Below, in pieces: positions 36,821-50,984 of a stretch of DNA of 64,000 nt. The notes under the pieces are model-generated. The model saw nothing but the letters and a program-made list of their open reading frames with translations, had not been told where the DNA came from and made no database searches. The DNA comes from the human T2T-CHM13v2.0 reference genome, Homo sapiens. The stretch lies in the NCBI RefSeq assembly GCF_009914755.1, contig NC_060931.1. One strand, 5' to 3'. The stretch's first letter is position 1, and each line of letters starts with the position of its first letter. The position numbers and the translations under genes are program-made.

Positions 36821-39371
36821 AAACATCAAATACCTCTTGTAGCTTCAGGTCCAATGTTTCCAAATATCTGCACCAAATTTTGATATCTGGGTTTGTTGAC
36901 ATACCACACAAGTTGAAATGTGTGGAGTCCTGTTCGATTGTCTATGTTATTACAGCACTCATAGGGAAAAAGGGAGCCCCTGACAATGGGAATGAAAACA
37001 TTTGAGTAGAAGCTGATGGGAATATTTTGACATCCTACCGTCCTCAGGTTTTCTTTGCCAATACAAGTATGCAAAACCTAAATGGAATGATTGCCTTCAA
37101 AATGAAAAAAAAAGAGAATCCAGGATTGTCTAAAAATAATGGCAAAGTATACAGGATACAATAGAAAATCTCTCAGCATAACAAGAAATAGAAACATCAC
37201 AACTTGGATGAGCATATACAATCAATAGGTATCAACATTGAGATAAATAAGATGTTAAGAATTTTAAAGCAACTGCCGTGTAACTGATTCAACAAAAATT
37301 AAGGATTCTTTAATAAAAAGAATATTTAACATTTTTATTCTCAAATAAACAATAGAAAGTCTTGGCAAAGAAATAGAAGCTATTAAAAATGGGCCAAATC
37401 AAGATCATTGAATTGAAAAATGTAATAAGTATTTTTTTTTAGATCTGAATGTTTTAAAGTAGAGTGCAGATGCCAGAGAATAGAATCAGTAAACTAGAGG
37501 ACAGATAATTGAATTTACATAATCTTAACAACAAAGATTAAAAAAAGAACAAACAAAACAAAACAAAAAGCCCAACAGAGTATGAAGGACCTGTGAGAAA
37601 ACAACAAATAGTTAATATGGGTTGCAATGATGTGTCAGGACAGGAGAGGTCTGGTACTGAAAGAGCATTCAGAAAAATAATGACTATAAACTTCCCAAAT
37701 TTGGAGAAAAACACAAGCCTAGAGATCCAGGAAGTTGAGCAAACTCTAAGTAAGATAAAGAGTTTCAAACAAAGAACACCTCATAAACTTTAGAGGACTA
37801 ACAGAAAAATTTAAAAATCTTGAAAGAAGCCAGAGGGAAATTATGCCTTACCTGCAGGGAAACGATTCAAATGACAGCTGACTTATCTTCCACAGAGACC
37901 ACAGAGATTAGAAAAAGGTGTCACACAAGTTTTCAGGTACTGCAAAACATTGACAACCCAGAATTTTATATCCTGTGTAATAATCTTTCAGAAAAAAAGA
38001 GAAATAAAAATATTCACAGATAAAAGAAAATTAAAAGAATTTGTTGTAAGTGGACCAAACCTGAATAAATGGCTAAAGTAAGTTCTTCAAATAGAAAGAA
38101 AATCATAAAAGAAGAATGTTTAGAGTGTCAGGAAAGAAGACATAAAAATGAAAAGAGCAGAAATAAGGATTAATAACACTAGAATATTCCTCTCCTCGTG
38201 AGTTTTCTATGCCATATCTGATGATTAAAACAAAAATTATGACACCATCTGATACACAAGACAATGATCTTTAAAAGTGAGAGGATATGGAACCTAAATG
38301 GAAGTAAACTTTCCATACTTTATTCAAACTGGTAAAATGCTTATATTGATAGATTGTTATAAGTCTCATCTATATATTGTAAAATCCAGAAAAACAACTA
38401 ACAAAAGCTTTACAAATATACATAGATATAGACAAATATATATAGATACAGAAAAGATATATAGATATAGACAAGTAAAGATGAAATGCCAAAGAAAAGC
38501 GATAACCCAAAAGAATGCAATAAAGAACCAGAGAAATGAGAATTGGAGGAATCAAACAGAAAACAGAAAATAAAACGGTAGTTGCAAGCCCTAACATTTC
38601 AATAACTTTAAATGTAAATGGAATTAATATAACAGCTAAAGGCAGAAGTGGCAAAGCAAAACAAACAAAAACAACCACAGTCTAATGAACTAGTTTATTA
38701 GAACTCATCCTGAATTCAAAAACATAGGTAGATTGAAAGTAAAAGGATGGAAAAAAAGATATGCTGTGGAAACCTTAATTTTTAAAAACACTGACAATAT
38801 AAATATTTGATAAAATAGACTCTAAAAAAGAAAATTATGAGACAAAGAAGGACATTATATAATGATGAATATTCAAAACACTAGGAAAACAAATGACAAT
38901 AAATGGGTAAATGGCAAAATACATGAAGCAAAAAGCAATAGAGCTGAAAGGAGAAATAGACAAACCCACAGGTATAATTAGGAACTTTAGTATGCCATCT
39001 TAGCTACTGTTAGATCTACTAGACAGAAAAACAGCAAGAATATAAAAAGTCAGAGCAATACAGTTAACCAAGAACATCTAACTTGTCTATATGTATATTT
39101 AGATATCAATTAATAGATAGGCATATATAGATATACACCCACCCTCAACAACAGCAGAATATATGCTTTTTTCATGTGCCTATGGAATAGTCATCATTGT
39201 AGGTGATTTGCAGATGTTGGAACATACACTGCAATATGTTTTCTAAGCAAAATGGAATCAAACTAGAAATCACAACAAAAAGGTAAATCTCTAAACACAT
39301 GCATATTAGTAATACACTTCTAAAGGTTGATGGGTCAAAGAGAAAGTCTCAAAGGACACACACACACACAC

Positions 39372-39985
39372 AAACCAAAAATTAAGTTCCACAACTGATT
39401 GAGAGACACTCCTTTTGGCCAAAGGCATTCCAAAGTTAACCTGAAAAACTAGTTCAGGCCATGATGGGAAGTGGGAGTTAGACATGCCTCATTATACTCT
39501 CCTCCCTTTAGAATTCAGGCACAGCTGACCAGCATTAACATGAAAACACAGATTTTAAGACTGATAGAACAGACTCTTTAAGTCTGATAAGAAACATTCC
39601 TTTCTATTGATTCTATCTACGTAATAGGAACTTTGTCTCCACAACCCCTTATCTGAACCCAGACATTCTTTCTATTGATTCTAGGTCTTTAGACAATAAC
39701 TTAACTCTTTCAAACATTGCCAATTAGAAAATTCATGAATCTACCCAGGACATGGAAGTGCCCACTTTGAGTTGTCCTACCTTTCTGGGTTGAACCAATG
39801 TATATCTTATGTGTATTGATGGACGTCTTACGTCTCCCTAAAATGTACAAAACCAAACTGTAGCCCAGCCACCTTGGGCACATATTCTCAGGATCTCTGG
39901 GGGTTGTGTCACTGGCTATTGGTCATTCATATTTGGCTTAGAATAAATCTCACCAAATGTTTTACAGAACTGACTCTTTTCATCT

Positions 39986-39987
<2 letters not shown>
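39372..39987 (+). mobile_element. MER4B/D-type ERV1 solo LTR inside the L1
   Basis: ggcattccaaagttaacctgaaaaactagttcaggccatgatggg...gaataaatctcaccaaatgttttacag. Confidence 0.88.
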
Positions 39988-39988
<1 letters not shown>

Positions 39989-40031
<43 letters not shown>

Positions 40032-40038
40032 TATATAT
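39989..40038. repeat. (CA)n(TA)n microsatellite
   Basis: Seen directly; a partner (CA)n lies at 39356-39372. Confidence 0.9.
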
Positions 40039-42915
40039 GAAAATATAAAAACATAGCATATCAAAATGAGTGAGATGCAGTTAAAGGAGTTCTAAAAATA
40101 GAAATTTACAGCACTCAATGTTCACGTAGAAAAGCAGAAAGCTCTCAGTACATAATCTAAATTTCTACATCAAGAAACTAGAAAAAGAAGAGCAAAATGA
40201 AACTAAAAGTAAGCAGAAGGAAAAAAGTAATAAAGACTGGAAATCAATGAAATAAAAGCCAAGAAAAAGAGAGAAAATCAATATAACAAATAGCTGATTC
40301 TTTAAAAAAAAATCAATAAAATTGATTAGACTGTAATAAATATGATAAAAACAGAATGAACACAAATAATTATGAATACCTAGGATAAAATCTGATGTGT
40401 GCAGATCTTGCAGCCATTAAGATGATAATAAGATGACAATAAAAACAGCTTTGTGCACATAAATTCAACAACTTGAAACAAATGGACTAATTCTTCAAAA
40501 AACAAAAAACTACTAAAAGTCAATCAAAATGAAGTAAATAATATGAATAACTTCAGCCATAAGAAAAATTAAATTAGAGATTTAAACCTTCCCAGTAAAG
40601 GAACCTTGTGGTACATATGATTTCACTGGACATTTAAACCAAATATTTAAATAAGAATCAACACTAATTTATAAATAATCTTTTCCAAAAAATAAAAGAG
40701 AAAGAAACACTTTCCATCCCAATTTATATGAACAATATTACCATAACCAATAATACCACAGGAAATTCTAAGACTCTACTAAAAAAAAAAGTAGAGCAAT
40801 ATCTCACAGAACTTAGATGTAAAACTCCTCCATGAAATGTTAGCAAATTTAATCCACCAATATGAAAAAATTATAAATTATAAAAATATGAGATTTATTC
40901 CAGGTGTGCAATGATGTTTCAATGTTCTAAAATCAATCAATGCAACCCAACATGTCACTGGCTAAATAATAAAAATCAGATGATCACATCAATTGACAAC
41001 AAAAAGGAATTTGACAGTTTTTTTTAGTCAACAAGTTAGGGATTAAGAGGAACCACCTGAATTTGGGGAAAATTATCCATAATACCCTACAGTTAACATC
41101 ATACTTAAAGGTAAAAAACTGAAGGCTGTGCTGTAGGATCAGACACAAGGCAAGGATAAGCATTTGCAATTTAAAAGCTCCGAAATAAAGGAATCTCTAG
41201 TGATTTCACTGGAGATTGGAAGTAAATATTTAAAGAACAATTAACACTAAGTTTACATAATTTCTTACATAAAATAGAAGTACTGGACATTCTAGCTACT
41301 GAAGTAAGGCAAGTAAAATAAATAAAAGCCATAGAGATTGGAAAGAAGAAACAGAACTATTCTTGTTTGCAGATGACATCATTATCTTCACAGAACATCC
41401 CAAAATATTCTACAAACAACCCTACTAGAATTAATAAGTGAGTTCAGCAAGGTCGCAGGAAAAAGTGTCCACATAGAAAAATAAATTGCATGAACATGAA
41501 CAAACAATAAATATGTGGGGAAAAATTAAAATATAATACCAATTATAATCATTTCAAAGAAAATTAATACTTTGGCATAAACATATCAAAACCTGTATAA
41601 GGTTTCTATTCTGAAAATTACAAAATTATGAAGAAGGAAATTAAAGCCACCTAAATAAGTGTAGATGTGTGCCATGTTCATGAATTGGAATATTAACATA
41701 CTAAATATATCACTGATCCTAATGCAATCTACAGGGTTAATTAAGTCCCTGTTAAAATTCCAGGATACTTTTGTGTAGACTTAGATATAAAACAGTAAAC
41801 ACTATTTTGAATAAAAATAGAGTCAGAGAATTGCTCTACCCAGTATTAACGTCAATTCCTATCTAAACTTGCAATAATCAATATCAGTTGCTATCGGCAG
41901 GGGCCTAAGTTTCCACTATATGCAAAAATTTTCTCTAAATGGAACCCAGACTTAAATTCAAAGCTAACACTATCACACTTTCACAAAACAGAAATAGAAA
42001 AAAACTTCAGAATCTAGGGCTAAGCAGAGTTAATCAACTTGACACCAAAAGCGTTATCCATAAAAGAAAAGTTGATCAGTTGGACCTCATCAAAATTAAA
42101 AACTTTTGCTCTGTGAAACACTGTTGCAAACTACGTATCTGACAAAGGACTAGTATCTAGAATACATAAAGAACTCTCAAAACTCAGCAGTAAACAAAAC
42201 ACAACGAAACCAAACAAAAACCAATCCAATTAGAAAATTTTTAAATGACAGCTTTCACCAAAGAGGATATACAGATGGCAAATAAGCACGTGAAAAGATA
42301 CTCAACATTATTAAACAACAGGGAAATGCAAATTAAAATAACCATTAGATGTTGCTGCATGCCCTTAAGAATGACTAAAATAAACACTGAAAGTATCAAA
42401 CGCAGGCCAGGATGTAGAGAAAATGGGTCACTCATGTATATTGCTGGTGGGAATGTAAGATTTTATAGCTACCCTGAAAAGACTGTAAAACTTATAAAAC
42501 TATCCAGGCAGCTTTGTAAAAGGAATACATGCTATCTTAGTATTATTTCTTACATCTGCCTTTAAATCTATGATTATCTCAAGAAAAAAGTTAATTAAAA
42601 AATATAAGTCCCATGTTACATGTCCACCTTTCTCCCTTCCCTATGGTAACACTCAGGCTGGGGAGAACCTGGGAAGAGTCTAGGTTCTGCTGACCACATT
42701 TATTTAATTGACTGGCCGCAACTTGCTGGATAGTTTCCAATTTGTATTTTTACCAGCCTCGAAAGCAATTTTTGAAAAACAGATGAGCAGATCCCTCCCA
42801 TCTGCCCATCTGACCTATTAATACACAGTGTGAAGGCAGATCCTTTTCTTCTCCTACTTTTCCCTGCCTCAAATCTACTTTTTCCCACTTTCTGCTGACT
42901 GCTTTAGTGCTTTCC

Positions 42916-43326
42916 TGTCTTAGGCCAGCTAGTGTGCCTATAAAGAAATACCTGAGGCTGGGTAATTTATAAAGAAAAGAAGTTTATTTGTCTCACAGTT
43001 CTGCAGACTGTACAAGAAGAAGGGCACTGGCATCTGCCTCTGCTGCGGGCCTCAGGCTGCTTCCGAAGGGGAAGTGCAGCTGAAGTGTCCAGAGATCACA
43101 GGGTGGGAAAGAAAGCAAGAGGGAGGGGGTGGGGTGCCAGGCTCTTGTTAACAGCCAGCTCTCTCCAGTACTAATAGGCAAGAACTCACCCACCCCAAGA
43201 GAGTATTAATCCATTCACGAGGGATCCTCCCTCACGACCAAAATATCTCTCATTAGGCCACACCTCCAACACCGGGGATCCAATTTTAACATGAGATCTG
43301 GAGGGACAAACATCCAAACTGTAGCA
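42916..43326 (-). mobile_element. MSTB-like MaLR LTR
   Basis: tgtcttag...aaatacctgaggctgggtaatttataaagaaaaga...gggacaaacatccaaactgtagca; imperfect 5-bp TSD tttcc/ttttc. Confidence 0.9.
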
Positions 43327-43599
43327 TTTTCTTAATGCCAGAGTCCTGGCTCTGCATACTGGGATCTTCTTAGGAAATCATCTCTCGTCTCTGCTTTCCA
43401 TCATATTTCAAACTGGAAGGGACTTCTTTCCCTAGGAGAATGGGAATGATGATGTGTTATTTTTCTATTTTTCAGATTTGAGGCATTGAGCTCTTTCATA
43501 GGGTAGAATGTGTGTGGTTCTAACATTAGATCTTTGACTATAAGATATGCCAACTTCTGGAACATCTGCTGTGACCCATTTACTTCAATAAACCCAAAC

Positions 43600-44045
43600 T
43601 CAGAGCACTTGGCCATCAGCCCTGATGGTATTCCCCATCTCACCTCCTCAGCCCGCCAAACTCCTCCCTTTCTCTCAAGGCGCATGCACTGTTCACCCTT
43701 ATTTGGGGTCAGTTTGCCTGGTTCCTCCTCTCTGCTTTGTTCATGCAATTCCCCCTCCTGATACATCCTTAACTGCTTCCTTGTATGTGTGCATTTTCAC
43801 CATTCAGCTTTAATGTTCTTTGTGCCATGAGGATTTTTACTAGTATTTCCTCTAAAATTCATAACATTAATCTATGCCTGTCTTGTGGCCTCCCTGCTCC
43901 CTTAGATATGGCATCTCTAATTTGTATTGAAATTATTCATATACAGTCTGACCTTTTCTGCCAAGTATCTCCAGTAAACTGGCAGAATGCCTAGTATACA
44001 GTATGAGCTCAATACATACCTGCTCACTGAATCATGACATGAATT
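43600..44045 (+). mobile_element. L2 3' fragment
   Basis: gtatctccagtaaactggcagaatgcctagtatacagtatgagctcaatacatacc. Confidence 0.55.
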
Positions 44046-44259
44046 CATTACAAAGAAAAAAAAATGTCCTTTGGAATAAGTGGTCCTAATTTTCAGATTG
44101 TAACAACGTACTAAAATGAAAAATACAATCTAAGTTTTCCTGCTTTTTGTTGAGTATTAAAGCACAGTGAATTTTATAAGAATGTATCGTATTATGTACT
44201 TTTAACTTTAAAAAACCTTGGACATCTCTCTAATGTGTTTAGTAAACTAATATGTATAT

Positions 44260-44655
44260 ATCATTATTATTAACTAAAATCCATACTTTATCCAGATTTC
44301 TGTATTTTTTTCTAATGTCTTTTTTCTAGTCCAAGATCTCATCCACATTACATTTAGACAGCATGTTTCTTTAGTCTATCTTTGGCTGTGACAGTTTCTC
44401 AGATCTTCCATGTCTTTGATGAACTTGGCATTTGTGGGGAGTATGGTCAGGTATTTTCTAGAATGTCCCTCCATTGGGATTTGTCTGATTTTTTCTCATG
44501 ATTAGACTGGGATTAAGGATTATCAGAAGGAAGACCACAGAGATTAAGTGACATTCTCATGCCATAATTCCAAGGACACATACTATCAACATGATTTATT
44601 ACTGTTGATGTTGGCCTTGATCAACTGGTTGAGATACAGTTTGTTAGGTTTCTTT
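44260..44655 (-). mobile_element. L1MC3/4-type 3'UTR fragment
   Basis: ggtcaggtattttctagaatgtccctccattgggatttgtctgat...gaaggaagaccacagag. Confidence 0.85.
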
Positions 44656-45009
44656 TTTTTTTTAATGACCATTACCTTAAATATTGAGGACTTATTGAGT
44701 TTACAGATTGAAAATAATGTCTAAATATAAGACCTATTGGAGCACCTTATGTTGCTTTTAGATAATTATTCTGGGGAGGATAACTTCAAATTTCCAAGAT
44801 TCTGTTCTTGCTTCTCTTCTTCTTTCATTCTTCCTACCTGTGGGCTAGTTCAGTTACAATTGCACCTTCCTCAGACACCACTGTGCAGGTGACTCCTCAA
44901 TGTACAGCTCTAGCAAATGTCCATAGTTTCAAACCTATATTTTGAATATCATCAAATTGTCATTAGCACCTCAAATTTATCATGTCAAAAAATTGTACTT
45001 TTTATTTCT

Positions 45010-45058
45010 ACACACACACATGCACACACATGTACACACACACACTTACACACACACA
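45010..45058. repeat. Interrupted (CA)n microsatellite
   Basis: Seen directly. Confidence 0.9.
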
Positions 45059-45899
45059 TGCAGAGGGGCATATGCGGCTTCTCCTGTTTCCGTCACCTAA
45101 TTCCATGGTCTCATTACCTACCTCATCGGTCTCTCTGAACACCTTGGTTCCCTTCTTAAGCCTTTCTAAACATAAATTTAAACAGCATATTAACCTACCT
45201 TTTAATCCTTTTAGAGAAAAAGAAATTTTTTGACTGATTAGAGATATAGCAAAAATAGTTCTGCCTTTGTAATTATGTTCAGACAACTTATACTAAAATA
45301 TAGGAAAATTTGAATTAATTCATTTTTTCCATAAAGCTGTTTTATAAAGAATAGATTTTAAAATAAAATAGATTCCAAAAATTCCTTCATTTTAATTTTT
45401 TAAAACTTCCGTTGAAATCCATGCCATTCTGCCTTTTTTTTTTAATGCTACCTAAATATTATGACAGATGCTTAAGGAACTGAAGCATTCTTTTAACATT
45501 TATTTTCCTAAGTAAAACACTCTTAGAAAATAAATTTAAAAGCTCATTTCTCTTATTGTTAAAAAAAAACTAAGGTTTTTTTTTCTAAGTTAAACTTTTG
45601 TAAACATTTGAAGACATCAAAGTCACTGGCAAGTTTAGCTTAAACATGGAATATAAATTCTCCCCCTTAATATATCACGTGTGACATCACCCACCCCCAC
45701 CCTGGCACATCCCATGAAAAGAGACCACAAAATATTCTAACTTCACATCTGAGTATGTGTGGATGCATTTCTTTCTTTCATAAGGAGATAAACATTCATG
45801 TTTAGATTGAGCACACCTAAGTTATTTAGCTTTTTTTTTAGTTGCTTGGACACAGTGTGTCAACATCCCCTCATCTTGCACAAATATTTGCCAGGGCAC

Positions 45900-46210
45900 T
45901 TGCCACTCTGTTCCCCAGCCTCACCCTCCACTTAGTGCCTACTCATTCCTTGAATCTGGACTTAAAAGGAAGCCTCCATAACCTTCCAGACTGGATCAGG
46001 CCCCTCTGTTGAATGTTTTCATGACAAATCTGCACTTTTCCTTTGTGGGACTTTGTTGTTATAAGAGCTAGTGGGAATTGGATTTATGTCTGTCTTGTGC
46101 AGATGAAAAGCTGCACAGGGGCAGAAGCCATGTCTGTGTGTGTTCTTGATCCTAATCTCCATTGAACACTCATCCCACAAGTGGTGTTGGGCATCTGGTG
46201 ATGCCAGGTG
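45900..46210 (+). mobile_element. L2 3' fragment
   Basis: gaagcctccataaccttccagactggatcagg...aagctgcacaggggcagaagccatgtctg. Confidence 0.55.
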
Positions 46211-46889
46211 GTCTGTCAGGTCCTGAGGATGGAGAAATGAGAGAGAGACAGTCTGAGCAAAGAGGGCTACGTCAGTTCCCCTGGGTTTTGAATACAATGG
46301 AGACAGGGCACTGGACAGGTGTCAGGTGTCCCCAGGGTTGGTAAGAAAAGCCTCTGAGAAGGGAGGACTTATTTGAGCTGTCTTGAGAAAGGGGTCAACA
46401 TTCAGGAGGCTGGAGGAAGGGGCTTCCAATGAGGTCAGGTAGAGAGGAGAGTTGAAATTGTCTGGTGCAATTGAGGTTCACACCTCCTTAGAAGCCCTCA
46501 ATTCCCCACCCTGACCCTACCAGACACACAGTATAAAACAGTGACGTTTCAGTGAACTGAAAGGCTCAGTAGAGATCTCAAGGCTGGTGCTGGTGTGAAC
46601 CACAAAGTAGAAGGAGCAAGACCAGCTCTGGGATGGGCAGACCTGTCTGGGAGGGATGCTGGCCTGAGGGCTCCTAGCAGGCTGCCTCTGCAGCCTGGCC
46701 ACTCAGGGCCTGAGGCAAAAGGTCACCATGGCCACAGGGTGTGGAAGGTACTGGAATCTATGCTGCCTTGGAGACCAGTATAGTGGGGGTGCTGGGAGAT
46801 GGAAACAGGGAATTTCCTACTCTCCTCCATTCCCTGGACTCATAGTAGGTACCTGAAGCTGCCTTAGCTTATTATGATGGTCTCATGAT

Positions 46890-46998
46890 TAGACATGTCA
46901 GTTGTGAGGGTGGTGCCATCTTTTTATTTTAGAAACTGAAAATTTGATGCTCAAAGAGTGAAGTGACCTACTCCAAGATGTACAGTAGCTGATGGCAG
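46890..46998 (-). mobile_element. MIR fragment (host of the MER11)
   Basis: tgatgctcaaagagtgaagtgacctactccaagatgtacag...tggcag; continues after 48069. Confidence 0.65.
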
Positions 46999-48063
46999 TG
47001 TTGCGGGAAGTCAGGGACCCCGAACGGAGGGACTGGCTGAAGCCATGGCAGAAGAACATAAATTGTGAAGATTTCATGGACATTTACTAGTTCCCCAAAT
47101 TAATACTTTTATAATTTCTTACACCTGTCTTTACTACAATCTCTGAACATAAATTGTGAAGATTTCATGGACACTTATCACTTTCCCAGTCAATACTCCT
47201 GTGATTTCCTATGCCTGTCTTTACTTTAATCTCTTAATCCCATCATCTTCATAAGCTGAGGATGAATGTCACCTCAGGACCCTGTTATGATTGTGTTAAC
47301 TGCACAAATTATTTAAACAATATGAAATCTGGCTACCTTGAAAAAAGAACAGGATAACAGCCATTTCAGGGAACAAGGGAGATAACCTTAAACTCTGGCT
47401 GCCTGTGGGCTGGGTGGAACAGAGCCATATTTCTCTTCTTTCAAAAGCAAATAGCAGAAATATCGCTGAATTCTTTTTCTCAGCAAGGAACATCCCTGAG
47501 AAAGAGAATGCTTTCCCAAGGGGAGGTCTCTAAAATGGCCGCTTCAGGAACATCTGTCTTTTACGTTTGTAGATAAGGGATGAAATAAGCCCCGGTCTCC
47601 CGTAGCGCTCCCAGGCTTATTAGGACAAGGAAATTCCTGCCTAATAAATTTTGGTCAGACTGGTTGTCTGCTCTCAAACCCCGTCTCCTGATAAGATGTT
47701 ATCAATGACAATGTGTGCCTGAAACTTCATTAGCAATTTTAATTTTGCCCCGGTCCTGTGATCTCGCCCTGCCTCCATTTGCCTTGTGATATTTTATTAC
47801 TTTGTGAAGCATGTGATCTCTGTGACCCACACCCTATTCGTACACTCCCTCCCCTTTTGAAAATCACTAGTAAAAACTTGCTGGTTTTGTGGCTTGGGGG
47901 GCATCACGGAACCTGCTGACATGTGATGTCTCCCCCGGACACCCAGCTTTAAAATTTCTCTCTTTTGTACTCTTTCCCTTTATTTCTCAGACCAGCTGAC
48001 ACTTAGGGAAAATAGAAAATCCCTAAGCCCACGTTGAATATCAGAGGCTGGTTTCCCCCAATA
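46999..48063 (+). mobile_element. MER11 (probably MER11C) solo LTR of HERV-K(HML-8)
   Basis: tgttgcgggaagtcagggaccccgaacggagggac...ttcccccaata, 1065 bp; 6-bp TSD TGGCAG at 46993-46998 and 48064-48069. Confidence 0.95.
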
Positions 48064-48134
48064 TGGCAGAACTGGAACTTTATCTCAATACTTACCTACC
48101 TCATCAATCTCTTAGGAAAACATGATTATTGGTT

Positions 48135-48148
48135 TATATATATATGTA

Positions 48149-48185
<37 letters not shown>
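48135..48185. repeat. (TA)n microsatellite
   Basis: Seen directly. Confidence 0.95.
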
Positions 48186-48689
48186 TTTTTACAGAAAAAG
48201 AAAAATTTTATTAGAAATTTAAGGTTAGTGTCTAGAAGACTACGAAAATTGTCGCTGCCCTTAGGAAGTGGGGTTAAGTGAAGGTAGGTAAATTTACACT
48301 TTATATTAATCTTGTTTATTGTTTTGGAAGTTTACTATATGCATGCTTTAATTATAGAATAAATATAATAGACTAACTTAGAATTTATAAGGGGGCCACC
48401 ACTAGAATAATAGAGATGGAATGCATTATTTCTTAAGAAGCAAAAAACAACCTGAGAATCTAATAAAAGATAAAGAAAAAAGACATTTATACATTACTGA
48501 GAATAAACAATAAGTGATGGTTATGTGCTTTATTGAGAGACATCAAGAAAACCTGAAGTTTACCATGCTTGTGTATAGAGAAATTCAATACTATAAGGAA
48601 GAGTGGGACTTAGGATAGAACAAGCATAATCTTTTCTGTGATAGAGCCCAGATACAAAAGCCTTTTGATTTATGGTGACAGACTCAGTC

Positions 48690-48976
48690 TCTAGCTCAGC
48701 GACCAGTGGAAACACAAAGTATAGAATTCTAAATGGAAATGTAAATTTTTATTAGCCCTATTTTTAAAAAGATGACAAAAGAAAAAAATGTTTCTCATAA
48801 AATTTTAATTCAATATATCCAATATATAATTTCAACATGTAATCAGTATTAAAATATTGAAATATTTTATTCTTTTTGTGCCATATCATTAAAATCTGGT
48901 TTATGGTTCACACTTACAGCACTTCTCAATCTGGGCTCATGTAGCTGTTGACTTCACATTGAAGAAGGTAGCTCTG
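48690..48976. mobile_element. MER33-like hAT-Charlie element
   Basis: atttcaacatgtaatcagtatt...aaatctggtttatggttcacacttacagcacttctcaatctgg. Confidence 0.75.
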
Positions 48977-49872
48977 GGTGAAATAGTTCAGAAACCTGCC
49001 TCACTTCTTCTCTCTGTTATCACAGCAAGCATCAGAACATCCAGGGTTCAATCCATGAGGAAAGCACCTTAGCTGGAGCACAACATAAATTAAGCCAAAA
49101 ATCACGTGGCAAGCCAAGAAAATATTTGCAGCATTCATAATTACAAAGAGTTCTCTAATAATCAAGTCCACCAACCACAGCCTGTGGTTCAGAATCTCAT
49201 GATGCAAAGGAGTGGGGAGCAGGGGCTTCCTTCTGCCTGTGTATGGGGCCACAGACTCTTTCCAAAGGCACCTCATGTCACCCACTGATGGAGGAAAAAT
49301 AACCACTCTCCCCTATTTGCACTCACATGGCATGCAATAAACCATATACTGATATATTCATGCATACCCCCAGGTAGTGCAAATGATCTGGTGTTTGTTG
49401 TGCTTATCTCTGTGTCTTTAGAGCCCATCGACATTCATGTAATCAGCTGCTGGGAACAATTTTTAATGAATGAATCTTTGAATGAGTGAGCAAATCTGTC
49501 AATGGTAGCATAAGCCCAGGGAGCCTTTCTGATTTTATAGTAATTTGGTTTTATTAATTATATTATTATTCTTCCATTGTGTATAAAAGTGATGACATTT
49601 CTTAAAGTTCTTGTTTCTTCTACAGGCCTTTTAAGACTCCATCAGCCTCGAAGTTCATTTGTGTGGCACTAAAAGTAAACCAAAAGCAGGAAGCTAAGGA
49701 TCTTTCACCTCTAATGCACCCTGACCTTGGCTATTTCATGTCAGGGTCTGTGCAGTCTAAGCCCAGGCAGCCAACATGCTTGGAGGATACTTCATGTAGT
49801 GGTAGGTATGCAATTTGCAAAGCTTTGTGACTTAAAGTATAGATTATTTCTTTTTTGCATCCTTTAATATAA

Positions 49873-50211
<339 letters not shown>

Positions 50212-50871
50212 TCTGTACCCATTTTTAACAAAGGAATTCTATTTATCAGCTTGCATTGTAATTGGAGTGAATGTGATCATAAGTTTATTTCGGGCCTGAA
50301 AGTGTTGATTTCTCTTTTGAAGAGGCCTTTTCTCACAGAGCCCCTGGAGAGAGAGTTCCCCCTACACAGTGATCTCAGGATATATTTGAGGAACCCATAG
50401 ACAGTCTTGCAACCCTTAAGCAATGACAGGGAGTGCAAAATTATTACATTTTCCATTGTCTGGGCTCCATATTCTAATTGGGTGTCTGCTCTAAGAAATA
50501 TGCTGTGAATGTGAACAAGTTGGGCTGTCAGCCCTGGAAAGAGATGACCCGGAGCTGCTCCTATTTTCTGCGGGCCTCTGCTTTCTTGTGTCTGCTTTGA
50601 TGTGGGTTTTAGCATCAAAAGCTTCAGCTAGAATGACTTGGAAATGGTAAGACCAAAAACAAGTGGAAGAATTTGCTTTCTGAGTTGATCTTAGATGAAT
50701 TAAATTCCCATCTAGACAAATTTTCTGTAGGTGTTATTATTTATTCTTCTTAAAATACTTCAAACAATTTTTTTTTCAATTGCATGCTTATTTCAGTGTT
50801 TAAAAGTGAGGGCCAGATGGAAATATTCATGTCTGGGTTAGTAATATCTTTTTCTGGATTGAATTCTCAAC

Positions 50872-50920
50872 AAGGGGTGAACTGAAGAGTTAAGGGGTGA
50901 ACTGAAGAGTGAAGGGGTGA
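50872..50920. repeat. 20-bp minisatellite, about 2.5 copies
   Basis: aaggggtgaactgaagagt(t/g) repeated. Confidence 0.9.
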
Positions 50921-50984
50921 CCAGAGTGGTGCCTAATGGTAGTAAGGCCAATGACAATGAGAGGGTTGATGACAAGAAGGATAA

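Larger units (their letters stand above)
37085..42600 (+). mobile_element. L1MC-type LINE-1 with internal deletions
   Basis: ORF1 remnant (NFPNLEK...LEIQEVEQT), ORF2 remnants (DLIKIKNFCS; FTKEDIQMANKHVKRYSTLL) and L1MC1/2-type terminus tattatttcttacatctgc. Confidence 0.85.

Noticed and set aside
47055-47230. ~90-bp direct repeat superficially like a repeat-spacer array
   Set aside because: Intrinsic internal duplication of the MER11 LTR; not CRISPR, and this is eukaryotic DNA
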